Source: Octopus vulgaris (lineage: Eukaryota). From it: 64,000 bases of DNA. Under the pieces are notes generated by a model that had not been told where the DNA came from, searched no databases, and worked only from the letters and a program-made list of their open reading frames with translations. A program made the translations under genes and the position numbers. The stretch is from the NCBI GenBank assembly GCA_951406725.2, contig OX597819.1, positions 6,138,001 to 6,202,000 of the forward strand. Reading direction: 5' to 3'. The stretch's first letter is position 1. Each line of letters opens with the position of its first letter. Below are positions 26,580 to 40,329 of the stretch, piece by piece.

Positions 26580-26979
26580 TATGAATTAGAGATAAAGCCC
26601 GTATTAGGCAACTCAAACAATGATAGACATAAACCAATACATAAATAAATAATATAAATATAAGTAATATAATATATAATATATATATATAAATAATATA
26701 TATATATAATTTTTTTCCAAAAAGTATAAAAAGAATGATAAATATAATTTAAGTAAAAACACTACGTACGTTTCATGGCTATAATTAAATTCGAATTACA
26801 ATTAAATTTAAATTCAATTGAAATAAATTCGAACTAAAATTATAGTCAATCTTCAGGTTAATGATAATAATTAAATAGATTTAAGGAATATTTTTAAGAA
26901 ATGAATAAAATAATAATTTTTCTTATACTCCATTATCTAAATTAGAAACTTAAAACATTAGGATTATGTCATACAACCC

Positions 26980-26985
<6 letters not shown>
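26580..26985 (-). mobile_element. Penelope-like terminal remnant with hammerhead-like core
   Basis: minus strand CTGAAGA-long hairpin-GAAACGTACGTA at 26761-26859, between (AT)n tracts. Confidence 0.5.
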
Positions 26986-27061
<76 letters not shown>

Positions 27062-27063
<2 letters not shown>

Positions 27064-30000
27064 CCCTGCCATCTTATCCGCTTGTGACTTAATTTAATTG
27101 TATTTTTTCAGCCGTATATGTGTATGCTCGGCGTCATCCGGCATTGATTTCGAATGGCATTGTATGAAGAGAACTGGACCGGTTGAGGTAAATTGTGACG
27201 TAATGTTGCTATGTGTACCGAGTTCGATTTTTGTAGTGGGCAGATATCACGGGGGCAAAGTCTTGGATGTATTTTAAGATTGATGTCAACATCATTTGTG
27301 CAATATTGATGGAATATTTTCCACATCACACAAATGATGTAACGCTCCCGGTGACGTTGGAGAGAGTAGAATATTGGGTTCTTTTAGTCGACCCCATTAG
27401 TCAAGGCCTCTTATGCCGTCTATCTTTCTTGTTATTGAGTACTTCCACTTTCATACTGAGATGCTTCGTATGGGGGCATCATAGTGGGCAACAGTATTCA
27501 AGGTGGGGTCGGGTTAATGTAGAGTAGAGGAGGATGATGGTGTAGGTATCTCTAGACAAGAAAGTTCTCAGAATCCAGGAGCACATCTTGCGGGCCAAGT
27601 CAACCTTTCTGTTTACGTGGGAATTCCATCTTAGATTGTTATCAACAATTACTACAAGGGCTCTGGTGTTGTTGGATGACACTAGGGAGTCGCCCGAAGG
27701 TGGAGCATATGGTAATTTCAGAGTTTCCTCTTTTCCAAAGTGGATCGAATCAAACATATCTTCATTTAGAAGCATATTGGGTTTTCTGCCCATTGCACAA
27801 CGGAAAACAGAGCTGACTGAAGGCATGATCGGTCTCCCATGCCGTTTATTGCTTTCTGGAGTTTGGAATCATCCTCAAAGATTTTCAATGTAGAATGTTT
27901 GATGACATCTTCTATATCATTGATGTAAATAGTGAAAACGAGTGGGCCCAACACAGTACCTTGTGGGACACCGGTACTGACTTTGGATCAAACACAACAT
28001 GTTGGGTTCTGTTCGTCAGGAAACACTTTATCCACTGCAGCAGCTTTCCACGGACTCCAATGTTGGACAGTTTCTTCAGCAGGATTTTGTGGTCCATTCT
28101 GTCAAATGCCTTGCTTAAATCAAGGTATATCACGTCTATGTTGGAACCTTCTCCTAAAGCTTTTAAGATGTCACCAAAATGGTGCAGAAGCCGGTGGGGA
28201 TTCAGCAGTTTGTTGTCTTCGAGGAAGTAAGTTATTCGTGATCTTACCTCCTTCTCAAATACTTTAATGATATGAGAAGTGAGTGAAATCGGACGGTAGT
28301 TCAATGCAAGAGATTTGTTTCCGTTTTTGAAGATTGGAAGGACGGACTGGGAAAGAAAATGATCAGGAATGGAGCCTGCATCAAGTGGGTTTCTCCAGAG
28401 CTCAGCTAGTGGGGTGCAATTTGATGTCCGACACATCTTCAGGACAGTGGCCGGGAACTTATAGCGACCTACTGCCGAGTTGTACTTGATCTTATTTATT
28501 TCTGCTGGGATATCAGGAGCACCAAAAGTTATGTCAGATATCGTTAATTGAGAGTTTAAATCACTGATACTAGCCAGATTAGCCTTACTGAAGACAGAGC
28601 AGTATTGTCTCTGCAGTATTTCGCACAAGGATTTTGCATCATCATGTAGAGTGTTGTTCTCATCAACCAGAGGACCAACAATCGAAACAACGTCTTTATG
28701 TTTCTTTTGCAAACGAAAAGAAAAGTTTGGGATTGAGTTTTAGTTTCGCAATGGCCCAGCTCTCCCCAGCCACTCTTTGTCTGTTAATGATGAACATTAT
28801 GCTTTTTTGGAGGTCGTGTTTTTCGATTCCAGTGATGCAATGGCAATCGAATGCGTGCGTTGCTGCTGGCAGTAATTAAGTTCGATCATTTTCTTATAAA
28901 TCCTTTTTATTTTTCTGATAATTGCTCTTCTATTTCTAGGGATTCTGTACTTAGATCTGTATTAATGGAGTATGTTTTGCGCATATATTTGTTACAGTAT
29001 CTACAAATGTCTGCTACGGTGTATTTATGTTGGTGGTGGTGGTGTGTGCGTTAAGGCCCAATCAATTTGTGAAAGATCGTGATTGATCGCATCCCAGTTT
29101 GCGTTATGAAGATCCATAGTGTCAAATGGATGAACTGGAGAGATGTCACTGAATTTGACCTTTGGGTAGTAGAATCTCAGATCGCAGAGAACCATGTCAT
29201 GGTCCGAGAGTAGTGGTGTTTTTTCCATAACAATATTGAGGATAGTGTCAGTGTGGTTACTGAACACTAGGTCCAATGTGTCTTTGTGACACCTTGTTGG
29301 CTCACGAATAAGTTGGGTCAAAAAAAAACTCATCCATGAAATGAAAAAGCAATGGAATTGCTTTCTTATCAGGGGTTGAGGTGGAAAATCCTGGTCTCAA
29401 GCAGTTTGTGGACCAATCAACATTGGGAAGGTTGAACTCCCCCATTATTAATATGTTGTCAGCATGACGTTGATGGACGAAACACTTATTACGGTTGAAG
29501 CATCCTTGAAGCGTAGTAAAGGAGTTAGGGGTGGCCTATGGAGACCGACTACTAATAAATTGTTGGTTTTACTAGAAGCTGCTTCACAGCAGCCATTGGT
29601 AAATTCGGCCATTGCTTCAGCCGAAAAAGAATCGGGCACGAAAATGGCGGTTCCACACTTTCTTCTGTCGACACGATCTGCACGAATGGCTGTAAAATTA
29701 TTCACTCTTACCTCAGCTTCCAAGTGGAGGTTATTGAGTTGGGTCTCTGTCAGGAGGAAAAAGAGATATGGTGTGGATGGTTATTAACCCAGTCCTCAAT
29801 AAATTGGATCTTCAATTTTTGGGAATTAGTAGAAGGGCGAATGCCTTGTGCAGTGAGCAAAAATGTTGAGGCGATGGTGATGGCTGATTTCGAATGTTTA
29901 GGTGATTCGCTTGTTAATGACAGCAATGGGAGTTTGTGCAATAGGTTGGTGGTGGGGTGGTATTGTGTGATGGCTAGAATGTTCTTTTGTAGCTCTTTTG

Positions 30001-30440
30001 CTAGATTCATTATAGCTAAAAACATATTCTGAAGAACTGCAAAAGTTTGTGGTTGTGGGTTTTGTATTTGTTATTTTTATTTGTGCGGCGAGTCTCCGGG
30101 AAATGGGAAACGGACAATTATGCTGTAGATATAATTTGTTACGCTGGGAATAGCAGCAGACTGTAGGGTTCCGTGTAACATGAGTGTTTTTTTTCAAATT
30201 TGATTTAGTATTTGGTAAGGGTAGTAGCGGTGGTGGCGTTGTTTTAGATTGTGCACTTTGCTGGTAGCGGCTGTTGTGAGTAGGAACTGAACGTCTAGTC
30301 CCTGATAAATGAGTGAATTTGCAATCAGTGTCAGTGCACAGCCTCTTGCGTAGTGAATAGCGGCATATTTTGGGGTTTCGTGTGTAGGCTGTGAGGGGCA
30401 TAGACTTTAATTTTTTACATTTGTGTTTGGCAAATTCAAA
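27062..30440 (-). mobile_element. decayed CR1-group LINE (CCCH-finger ORF1 remnant, APE, RT)
   Basis: CRYSLRKRLCTDTDCKFTH; APE remnants IRADR, LHRPP, TQLIREPTR..DTLDLVFSN, LSDHDMV; RT NYRPISLTSHIIKVFEK, VIYLDLSKAFD, LGPLVFTIYIND, IFEDDSKL, RPHLEYCCPL. Confidence 0.9.
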
Positions 30441-30536
30441 TATATATATGTATACATATATACATAGATACATATATATATTCATATACATACATACATA
30501 CACACACACACACGCACACACATTTATATATATATA

Positions 30537-30750
30537 GTTAATCCAAACATGAAAACACCAAGAGAAAACACAACAACGCGAGGACGTGGAACAAATATAG
30601 TATTATTGGACGCTCAGGATGGAAGGGAAGGAGGAGGGTTTTACGTTTGGAGCGGAGCTCTTCGTCAGAAACATAGGAAAAGGAAAGATCCAGAGAAGGG
30701 AAGACGGAGGAAAAAAAATCGCCAACGGTATACATGCGGTCACATTTTGA
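30537..30750 (-). mobile_element. Penelope-like terminal remnant with minimal type I hammerhead motif
   Basis: minus strand GTTT-CTGACGA-A-GAGC-TCC-GCTC-CAAA-CG-TA-AAAC at 30638-30672, flanked by (AT)n. Confidence 0.6.
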
Positions 30751-30798
30751 ATATATATGTATGTATGTATATATGTATACATATATACATACATAGAA

Positions 30799-30846
<48 letters not shown>

Positions 30847-30871
30847 TTATACACACATATATATATATTTC

Positions 30872-30936
<65 letters not shown>

Positions 30937-33900
30937 ATTTAAATGTGTGTTGGCGTTACTTCGTTGTTAACCATTCACTTTATAAATAGAGAATGCAATA
31001 TTTATAATAAATTAAAAAGTCTATACTTTTTTGATTTAGCCGTAGTTCAATTCTGATTAAACAGACCTACGATCAATGGCACTCTAAACATAAATACCCA
31101 CTCCTTGTATTTTAGATTAGTATTTCACCTTTTATGCTAATAGGATTTTATGAAGGAGGCTGCGGTACTAACTCTAGCAAGTTGATGAAATGAATTCTCT
31201 GCTTGGCTTAACACAATACTCTTCTCCACTACCTTCTCAACAAAGTCTTATAAACAGGTGTAATCTCATTCCTTTCCTGTATTATTGCTATTAATCACTA
31301 TTATTCCTCTATATAGAGGCACCATTTTTATACAGTATGCACTTTGCTATATGTGTATTCAGATAATCTTTACGATGTTACCACTTGTTGAAGGTTGGCA
31401 TCTGTAAGCTTCAGATAATGCCCATGTAGGTTGGATAACGGAACTATTGTAATTCAACAAGATATAAACATATATTATACTTAAATTTCTTTATTACCCA
31501 CAAGGTGCGAAATAAACATATATTTATCTAGGCTTTGTACCTGCAAAGTGTCAATTTGAGTACAAGGTTGAAATTTGAACGTGAAATCAGTATATAAAAC
31601 TTATACTTTTCTTTTTATCAGTTCTTTATTATTATTCAGTTTCTAAGTTAAATATTCACTACTCTTCATAGACCCGCTTTTGTTGTCACTAAATACATAA
31701 GTATGTAAACGTGAGGAATTCTAATTCTGTAAATACACTTAGCCTAAGAAAAAGCAAACAAAAAAACTTATTTCCATGAAATTATTATGAGAAAACACAC
31801 AACGAATCTCCAGAGATATTTTTGTGGCAATTTTTGAATGCTTTTGTTTTCACTCCTTTATTTGCCCGCACATTGCACGAATGAATCTGCATCATTTGTA
31901 TGTACGATGTACTCACGTTCAACAAAATTATTCATCTTGTCATTTTTGTTTAAGAAAAGAACCACTTGGTGGGATGTTGAACTGTTCTCTCATTCATTTA
32001 CATAATTGTTAACCACATTCAATAGTGCTTTGTAGTTCTTTACTTAATCTGCTCGACTCTTCATTTGTAAAAAATAAAAAGAAAAGTTTTCTGCATTCTT
32101 CAGCGACATTCTATCCAAACAAGAAAAAGTGCATGCTTTGCATAATAAATCATATCAGAATAAAACTATTTTAAACTACCATTTTTGATAAATTAAAAAA
32201 AAAAGAAACTTTTAAGCATATGTAAGAAAGAATTTAAATGATATAGAGACTGTTAACGTTGAACAAACTATGAAAGACTAACTCGAGACTAAGTTCGAGA
32301 TGTAATGCATTTTGTCGCTCTCAGGCAGGTTTGCACAATATTCTGTGTTAGAATTGCATATGACTTTAAAATAATATGTTCGATGTAGCTACAATATGAA
32401 CATCTCCGAAGGTTTAAATATTTTCAGATTTCCATTATCCAAATCTTAAAAAAGTATCAGAAGTGTAATAGAAATTTTAGAGTGAATTTTAGAATACTGA
32501 ACAGCATTTCCTTCAAATAAAATTTAAATAAAATTATATATATATATATGACAAAAAAATTTCGATGTACTCCCACGGACTCCACACCCCCACACCCACA
32601 AATACACATACACTACTTCACACACACACTTAGGTACAGATCGAAATAAAGATAGAGAGAGAAGAAAGACTGAAAATGAAAGCATACTTATATTTGCATT
32701 TACACATGCAAATATATGTATCAAAATATGTTATATAAAATATGTATTTATTTGCAAAAATAAAATCAAGTTCATTTGAGTTCATCTGTTTAAGTAAAAA
32801 ATAATTCATTTGTGCATACTTACGCTTATCTCAAACATGTACTGTGAACATCAGCGTAATATATTACCTAATTTTCATTTAAAAACATTCATACATATAT
32901 GTTATGATATTGTTGATAAAGAGACATAAAGAAATCAATGGAAGTGTTACAGGTCAAGCGGAGGAAGTTTACGTACACTTCAGATTGACAGGATCATGCA
33001 TTAATACTTGCGCAAATATTAATATAGCACGGCCATGCACATTGAAACTGTTTATACTGATATTTTAGGGATATTTATGAAAAAAGCTTTTTGGACAAAC
33101 ATACCGCTGCAATAATCTGTGATGCTTGTAGTTGCTTTGCACGTTTTAGCTATAGCTTGAACTGAATTGTCTGAGGTTATGGTAAATACTACTGATATGT
33201 ATTTCTCGGGAGCTGTTTAGAAAGTGCTAGCTTATATTGATTAGTATGTATTTACTTAGAAAAATATAATCAGGCGCAATAGATCATTTTATTATGGAGA
33301 AAAAGGCCTAACATATAAAGTAGAAGATGGCAGTAGTAGTAGATGTATCTGAAGTAAGACAACTTCTGACGCCAGCCGGATTATGCACCTTACAACATTC
33401 TTCTAATCTAGCACTCCAATATTACAAATATATGTTTGCTTATAGTTGAACATATCTTATTGAAGATTATGACGCTGTATATGAGGAATACCATGGCTAG
33501 CAAAAATTTTGTTTTGGCTTACTCTTTTGCTTAATTTTCACAAAAGTCACCAGTGCAGTGGACATTCGGAAAAACGTGGTTGCTTAGCCTGATAAATATG
33601 GTACCAAAATGGCTCTCAAATTATACTCTGTTGTCATAGAAAAGGATAGAGCATTAAATATACTATATCTGAAAATAAAAGGTGAGATGTCCTCGGAGTG
33701 TCTTTGAAAACAAGACTATCCATAAAAGATGACCTAGTGTTAAACAACTTCATTATACTTCAGAGAACTAATACTATTATCGTTAATTCTCAACTGCATT
33801 TACCTAATCTCGTATATCTGATCTTATAACAAGTAATATTTTCTCCATTATTTTGTTATTTATTTTCTTGGTCATTATTTGAAATATAAATAGTTATATT

Positions 33901-34254
33901 CAACGAATGGAAAATCCTGATCGTCATGGGAGCTAAAATATTATGTGTGGATATAAGAGCTAAAATGTTATATACGTTATATGATGGCAATCGACATGTG
34001 AAATAAATCTATCGGCTATAAACCAAAAGAAAATGCAGATTAACAACCAATAACCTAATAGAAATAATCAGTGGGAGATTGACGTTTCTATTTGTGCAAC
34101 TATATAGCCACTAGAATTGTATTTTAATATCATTCAATATTCCATGCGAAATCTAAAGTTTATTACTTGTCTTATGCATTTTACTGTATTTGTATCACTT
34201 TTGTGACAAGGTGGATTTTCTGTTTATCTTTTGCTCAAAATATGTTTTGTAATA

Positions 34255-34659
34255 ACTCTTTACTCTTTTACTTGTTTCAGTAATTTGACTGCGGCCATGC
34301 TGGAGCACCGCCTTTAGTCGAGCAAATCGACCCCGGGACTTATTCTTTGTAAGCCCAGTACTTATTCTATCGGTTCTTTTGCCGAACCGCTAAGTGACGG
34401 GGACGTAAACACACCAGCATCGGTGGTCAAGCAATGCTAGGGGGACAAACACAGACACACAAACACACACACATACATATATATATACATATATACGACA
34501 GGCTTCTTTCAGTTTCCGTCTACCAAATCCACTCACAAGGCATTGGTCGGCCCGGGGCTATAGCAGAAGACACTTGCCCAAGATGCCACGCAGTGGGACT
34601 GAACCCAGAACCATGTGGTTGGTTAGCAAGCTACTTACCACACAGCCACTCCTGCGCCT
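34255..34659 (-). mobile_element. SINE family B
   Basis: full-length reverse copy. Confidence 0.9.
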
Positions 34660-36394
34660 ATAAGTGTTTTATCTTTAAACATAGCTCTTAGGACGCTATG
34701 AATGACTCCTGAATTCTTCATATAAATTAACAGAAAAATGTCCATTTCCGTCAAGTGAAGTATTCAAGCAGTATAACTGTTGGGGAAATATCTAAGGGAT
34801 CCAGACATAAGTATAGCTTAAAATATTGTTAAAAATAATAAAATTATATTCTGTCAACACTAGCATAGCTAAAGAGGAGCGAGAGAACGGTCTACTCTTG
34901 ATAGTAATTTAGAAGCAATACTTTATATGCTTATTACGTTGTGTTTTCGTGAGAGGAGGAGGAAAATGAAGGACCGACCTGGTCAGCAAAATCAAGAACA
35001 GTTCCAAGCAGTAGAAACTATAATTGCACCTCTATGCCTCAGTATATACCACTAAATTTATGATGAAACACATTCAGCAATCAGGAGAATAATGTGGACA
35101 GGAGAGTCTTCAGAAAGTAATGTATATGAGTGATCGAGTAAAAAGAAATAAATAAAGGAAGAAAGAAGGAAAGGAAGGAAGGAAGACATAATAAAGGACT
35201 CGTGGAGATATATAAGAAACCGCTGCAGCTGTCATAGTCACTATTATTATACATTTTAGTAAATAAGTTATCTTCTTAATTTGTGAAAGAAATACAAGAA
35301 ATAAACAGACATTTTATGATGATAGCTGAAGTTAGCAATTATTTGCAAGGATCAAATATTTCGACAAAACGTTTTTAATAAAAGACTGAAAAGATAGCTG
35401 TAGTACAGACGCAAGATATTAAAGTTACATAATCTCGCTTCTATTTTCCTATGAGTCTAAGGTTATGCAACGCATCCATATTACCAAGAAATTATCTGAG
35501 ATATTATAGTGATGCTAAACAAGAAATCAAATTGTTTGAATATGAGGAACATCTGTTGGCAAACGTTAGATTATAGCATTTCAGAGCAATAGAGATGTAG
35601 CAATTATGTATTTATGTATTTTTGTGAACATATACTTTCGACAATGTGGTTTAAGTTAATGAACCGGCCGTTTAGGTATTCTTTGTATGAATGTATTACA
35701 GTTATCTCTACTTTATATTATTACTATTACTACTACTACTACTATTACTACTACTACTAATAATAATATCACTATAATCTTAGTGTCAGTAAGCGTTGCT
35801 TTTATGATTATGAATTAATCCTATAGTATATACAAGCATTAGCCTTTACCCAATACTGATGATACTTAAAAAAGATAACTCATTTATAGGGAAACGCTAT
35901 GTTTTGATTATCGATCTATGCCGTTTTACAAAAAGAATTGAGCTGAAAAGTAATATAAAAAGTTGTCCAAATGTCCAAATGTAGGCCGTTTGAGATGAAA
36001 ACATTCCATATCAAATTTATCTTTTTTTTACCAGATTTTCACTTATCATTGTGTAAATGTATCTGCGTAGTTATGGACATACCAAATAGTACATTAATGT
36101 TCGTTATCGATGGAAATCAAAGAGAGGAATCAGGTTATCTGGCTTCTAATAGACACTCTTCCTTTACATGTAAACGGTAGGAGATAAACACATCACAGAA
36201 AACGCTAAGTTGCGTACGTTTGTACGAAGCAAATGTCACCTGGACCATTGATGGAAGACAAAGAATAAAGAGAAGGAAGAGAAAAAGTCTCGAAGCAAAT
36301 CATTGACGTCTCACAATGTTCAAACACCAGAAAGCCTTTTAGATAACATATATCCCGATCCTATGTTATTGTAAGAACTATTATATTAAGTAAC

Positions 36395-36413
36395 ATACAT
36401 ACATACATACATG

Positions 36414-36445
<32 letters not shown>

Positions 36446-36550
36446 ACATACGTACATACATACATACACACACATATATGTGTGTGCATGTATGTATTTA
36501 TATATAGATATATGTATGAATGCATGTATATATGTATATATATGTATATA

Positions 36551-36602
<52 letters not shown>

Positions 36603-36673
36603 CAAATGTATAATGTATATAAACAAATGTAAATATATATATATATATATATATACAAATGTAAATGTATTCA

Positions 36674-36757
<84 letters not shown>

Positions 36758-36790
36758 TGTATACATTTACATTTGTGTATATATATATAT
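36395..36790. repeat. compound (AT)/(CA)/(CATA) microsatellite
   Basis: direct reading. Confidence 0.9.
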
Positions 36791-38164
36791 AAAGATATGT
36801 GAGTGTGAGTATTATAATTACATATATGCCATTTATTTAATGATAATCAAGAGAGTGTTGACTACCAAGAATTATCAACTGCGTATTTCAATCATTTTCT
36901 TTCTACGTCTTCAGACAATTTGTTGAACCAATCCAGTCATCTACAAATCCTCCTCCTTGAAATTTGTAGTCCTAAACCAAATTGGAAGAAGGTTCCTTCC
37001 CTAATTGGAAGAAGGTTTTTTTTCCCCTAGTTTACCATTCAAAATTTATTCGGGGCACTGATTTTTTAGATCCTCCATCGAAGTCTTTCAAACAGATATA
37101 TACGAAACTGCTTTTTATTTGTTCTCTATTCAAATATACTTGTATAAGCAATAATTTATGATATTCCTACAGAAGCGCATGCATACCATGTGGTTTTTAC
37201 AAATTCTTTTTATACAAAAATATTAACTTAAAAAAAATATTTCCCACTAATTTACAATGTTGATTTGATTTATTTTTGCTTCCGAGTTATTTTCTCTTCT
37301 TTCTTTGCAATCGGGGTAACAACAACAACAACAATATTAACAACACACACTGGATTAAAATGTAGACAGGTATTGCATATAAACACATATATACATTATA
37401 ACCGGTAATACATATATATTAATACACAAATTATACATTTTACATTAATAAAATTTACAATTTTTATGTACCTATATATGTTTGTCTTTTTATAAAAAAG
37501 GGAACTCATTCGTCGTAGACGACAGGTGAGTGTTTTGCAATTTCTTGCTGAAAACCTAGACAGGTCATTTGCTTATAGGGGTCAAATGTTTGAGATTTCT
37601 TATGTATTACATATATGTAATAAATATGAGATTGTAAATAATATACATATAAGTATCATGCATATAGATATATATATATAGATATACTGTACATAAATAT
37701 TTATATACTTATGCAAATGTATATATGTGTTAATAAGGTGACATTTCAGGATAAAACAAGGAAGGAGTAGGATAGGAAGAAAAAGGTTTACATGTGTACA
37801 ATATTCAAGATGAAAATAAATTTCCCACCACAAAATAAGCGTTTTCTGAAAAGTCCCAATTAGTTCCAGTTGCAGGCTGCTGATGCAAATGTGGAACATA
37901 TATATGGTGTATAAGAAACAAAGACCACTAGAAATCCCTAGAGTTCAAAAGCAGTGAGTTACTGGATGTAGGCTAGTAGCGTTTATTAATCATCCAATTG
38001 ATAATGTTGGTACCCTTCGCTGATCTATAGACAGTTGCACCTCTAACCGTTCATGTGTTTCTAAGTTTCTACGACTAGTGTTCGTGAAGAGTGCTGTATT
38101 TAATTTAGAGAAAGCGAATGGCCCATTACAGCGGCATTGTATAGTAACGAAAAATAAATAATTA

Positions 38165-38201
<37 letters not shown>

Positions 38202-38275
38202 GTAATAACAATAGTGATAAAATAAATCATAATGATGGAACAGAAGGGAGGGTACACAACAGTAAACGGACCTAC

Positions 38276-38299
38276 CTTGTGATGTCCAGAAAGACCAAT
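38276..38299 (-). other. candidate 24-nt micro-exon
   Basis: tctcttttttcatgatcag|ATTGGTCTTTCTGGACATCACAAG|gtaggt; open in all three frames. Confidence 0.3.
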
Positions 38300-39787
38300 C
38301 TGATCATGAAAAAAGAGATACTAATCATCATCATCAATATCATCAATAATTTAATTTTAAAAGAACTGCAAAAACTAAAATAATTATTGGAATAATATCG
38401 TGCTACGTATATATGAAATATAAATGTAGCATGTTAATGTTTGGTTCAAAGCATTAATCACTAAAATGACATGATTCAATGGTTAATAGTAAGATTTAAA
38501 AAATCAACCCAGATTCGTTTCACATGAGAACCTACCGCCACAATGGACATTAGACACACGGTCACAGCAATATGCAGGATACGTTACGGTAATTGTTTTC
38601 AACTGTGAATTGAAAGCATGTCACGGTCTCTATGCAATAAACAAATATCATAAGAGAGGAAAATGTTATTTAGCATTTCCACATTTCATGATGGATGAAA
38701 CATTAAGTGAACTTCAGCGGGATTTGACCTCATAAGTTTTATGTACATAGCCTGAAAAGTCAAACGTCTAATAAACTATATATTGGCGTGGGTATATACG
38801 TTAGTAATACTAACCATCAGTATAACTTGAGGTCAATTTTGTCGACAATAGTTTTTTCCTTATAAACATTGACCTCTGCTTATTCAACAAGCATTATTCT
38901 TTCGTATTATTCTTCCTTCATACAGACAGCACTGTAGAGCTGAAAAAATTCGAAACTCAAGGCGGAGCTACAATTTCGTATTCATGCATCGTTCGTATCT
39001 ATTTACTTCATTTATTTTGTTAATATCTCGAAGGAAAGCCTAAATATCGGAAATTCGCATTCTCTTCTTTCTCGGACAACGACAATGGTACTTCTCTGGG
39101 ATTTCATTTTGCAGAAAATTCCCTGTTGAGAAATACGTATGGAATCATTTTAACAAGTGTATTTTGTATTCTGTAGATGGTGCCTTACTACACACAAAGA
39201 TCTACAACAAAGGCTTTTGTCTTTACTATTAAATTCTCAGCTCTTCGGAAGATGAAAAATGATTAGCTTAAATGGTCGAAGCTAAGAGGGACCTCATGAA
39301 AATCATTTATTTACTCTTATGCAAAACATCATTACTATTTAATTTACATAATTAATATTTACCGGAGTCGTTAATGGATGACAGTTGGGGAGTAACCATC
39401 AGTTAAGTAGGTAACTTCAGAAAGGTGTCATCACTGGGTTTATGTTGGGTTTGAAAAGTTATAACTAAATATCCATAGAGTAAACTATGAGTAGGGAAGG
39501 ATTTAATAAGATAGCACTTCCGTGATGAAATGGCTGGAAGATGGAGTTTATTACTTAACATTCGGTTTTCCTTTATCATCTCTTGGTTTCTATTACCAAA
39601 CTACACTCCTATAACATTGGTATATAACATATACCATACGTATATTGAATTCTACACCAGGTAATTAGTCTCGCTATGCTTAAGCAAGATATTATATATA
39701 TATGTGTGTGTGTGTGTGTATGTGTGCGTGCATGTGTGTGTATGTGCGTGTGCATGTATATGAGTGTGCACCTTGGTGCACGTGTGT

Positions 39788-39827
<40 letters not shown>

Positions 39828-39830
<3 letters not shown>

Positions 39831-40000
39831 AGTGGGTGTGTGGTAAGTAGCTTCCTTACCAACCACATGATTCCGGGTTCTGTTCCACTGCGTGGCACCT
39901 TGGGCAAGTGTCTTCTACTATAGCTTCGGCCCGACTAAAGCCTTGTGAGTGGATTTGGTAGACGGAAACTGAAAGAAGCCCATCGTATATATGTATATAT

Positions 40001-40042
<42 letters not shown>

Positions 40043-40044
40043 TG

Positions 40045-40102
<58 letters not shown>

Positions 40103-40306
40103 CGTGTGTGTGTTTTTGTCCCCCCAACATCGGTTGACAAACGATGCTGGTGTCTTTCCGTCCTCGTAACTTAGTGGGTTGGCAAAAGAGACTGACAAAA
40201 TAAATACTAGGCCTACAAAAGAATAAGTCCTGGGGTCCATTTGCTCGCCCAAAGGCGGTGCTCCACTTTGGGCGCAGTCAAATGACTGAAACAAGTAAAA
40301 GAGAGT
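39828..40306 (+). mobile_element. SINE family B with expanded internal microsatellite
   Basis: family B body and tail. Confidence 0.88.
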
Positions 40307-40329
40307 ATATTTGTGGGACGCTACTGTGT

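Noticed and set aside
27912-28712. 266-aa RT ORF as an active gene
   Set aside because: Part of a LINE with deletions, frameshifts and a mutated catalytic motif (FEDD); non-functional.
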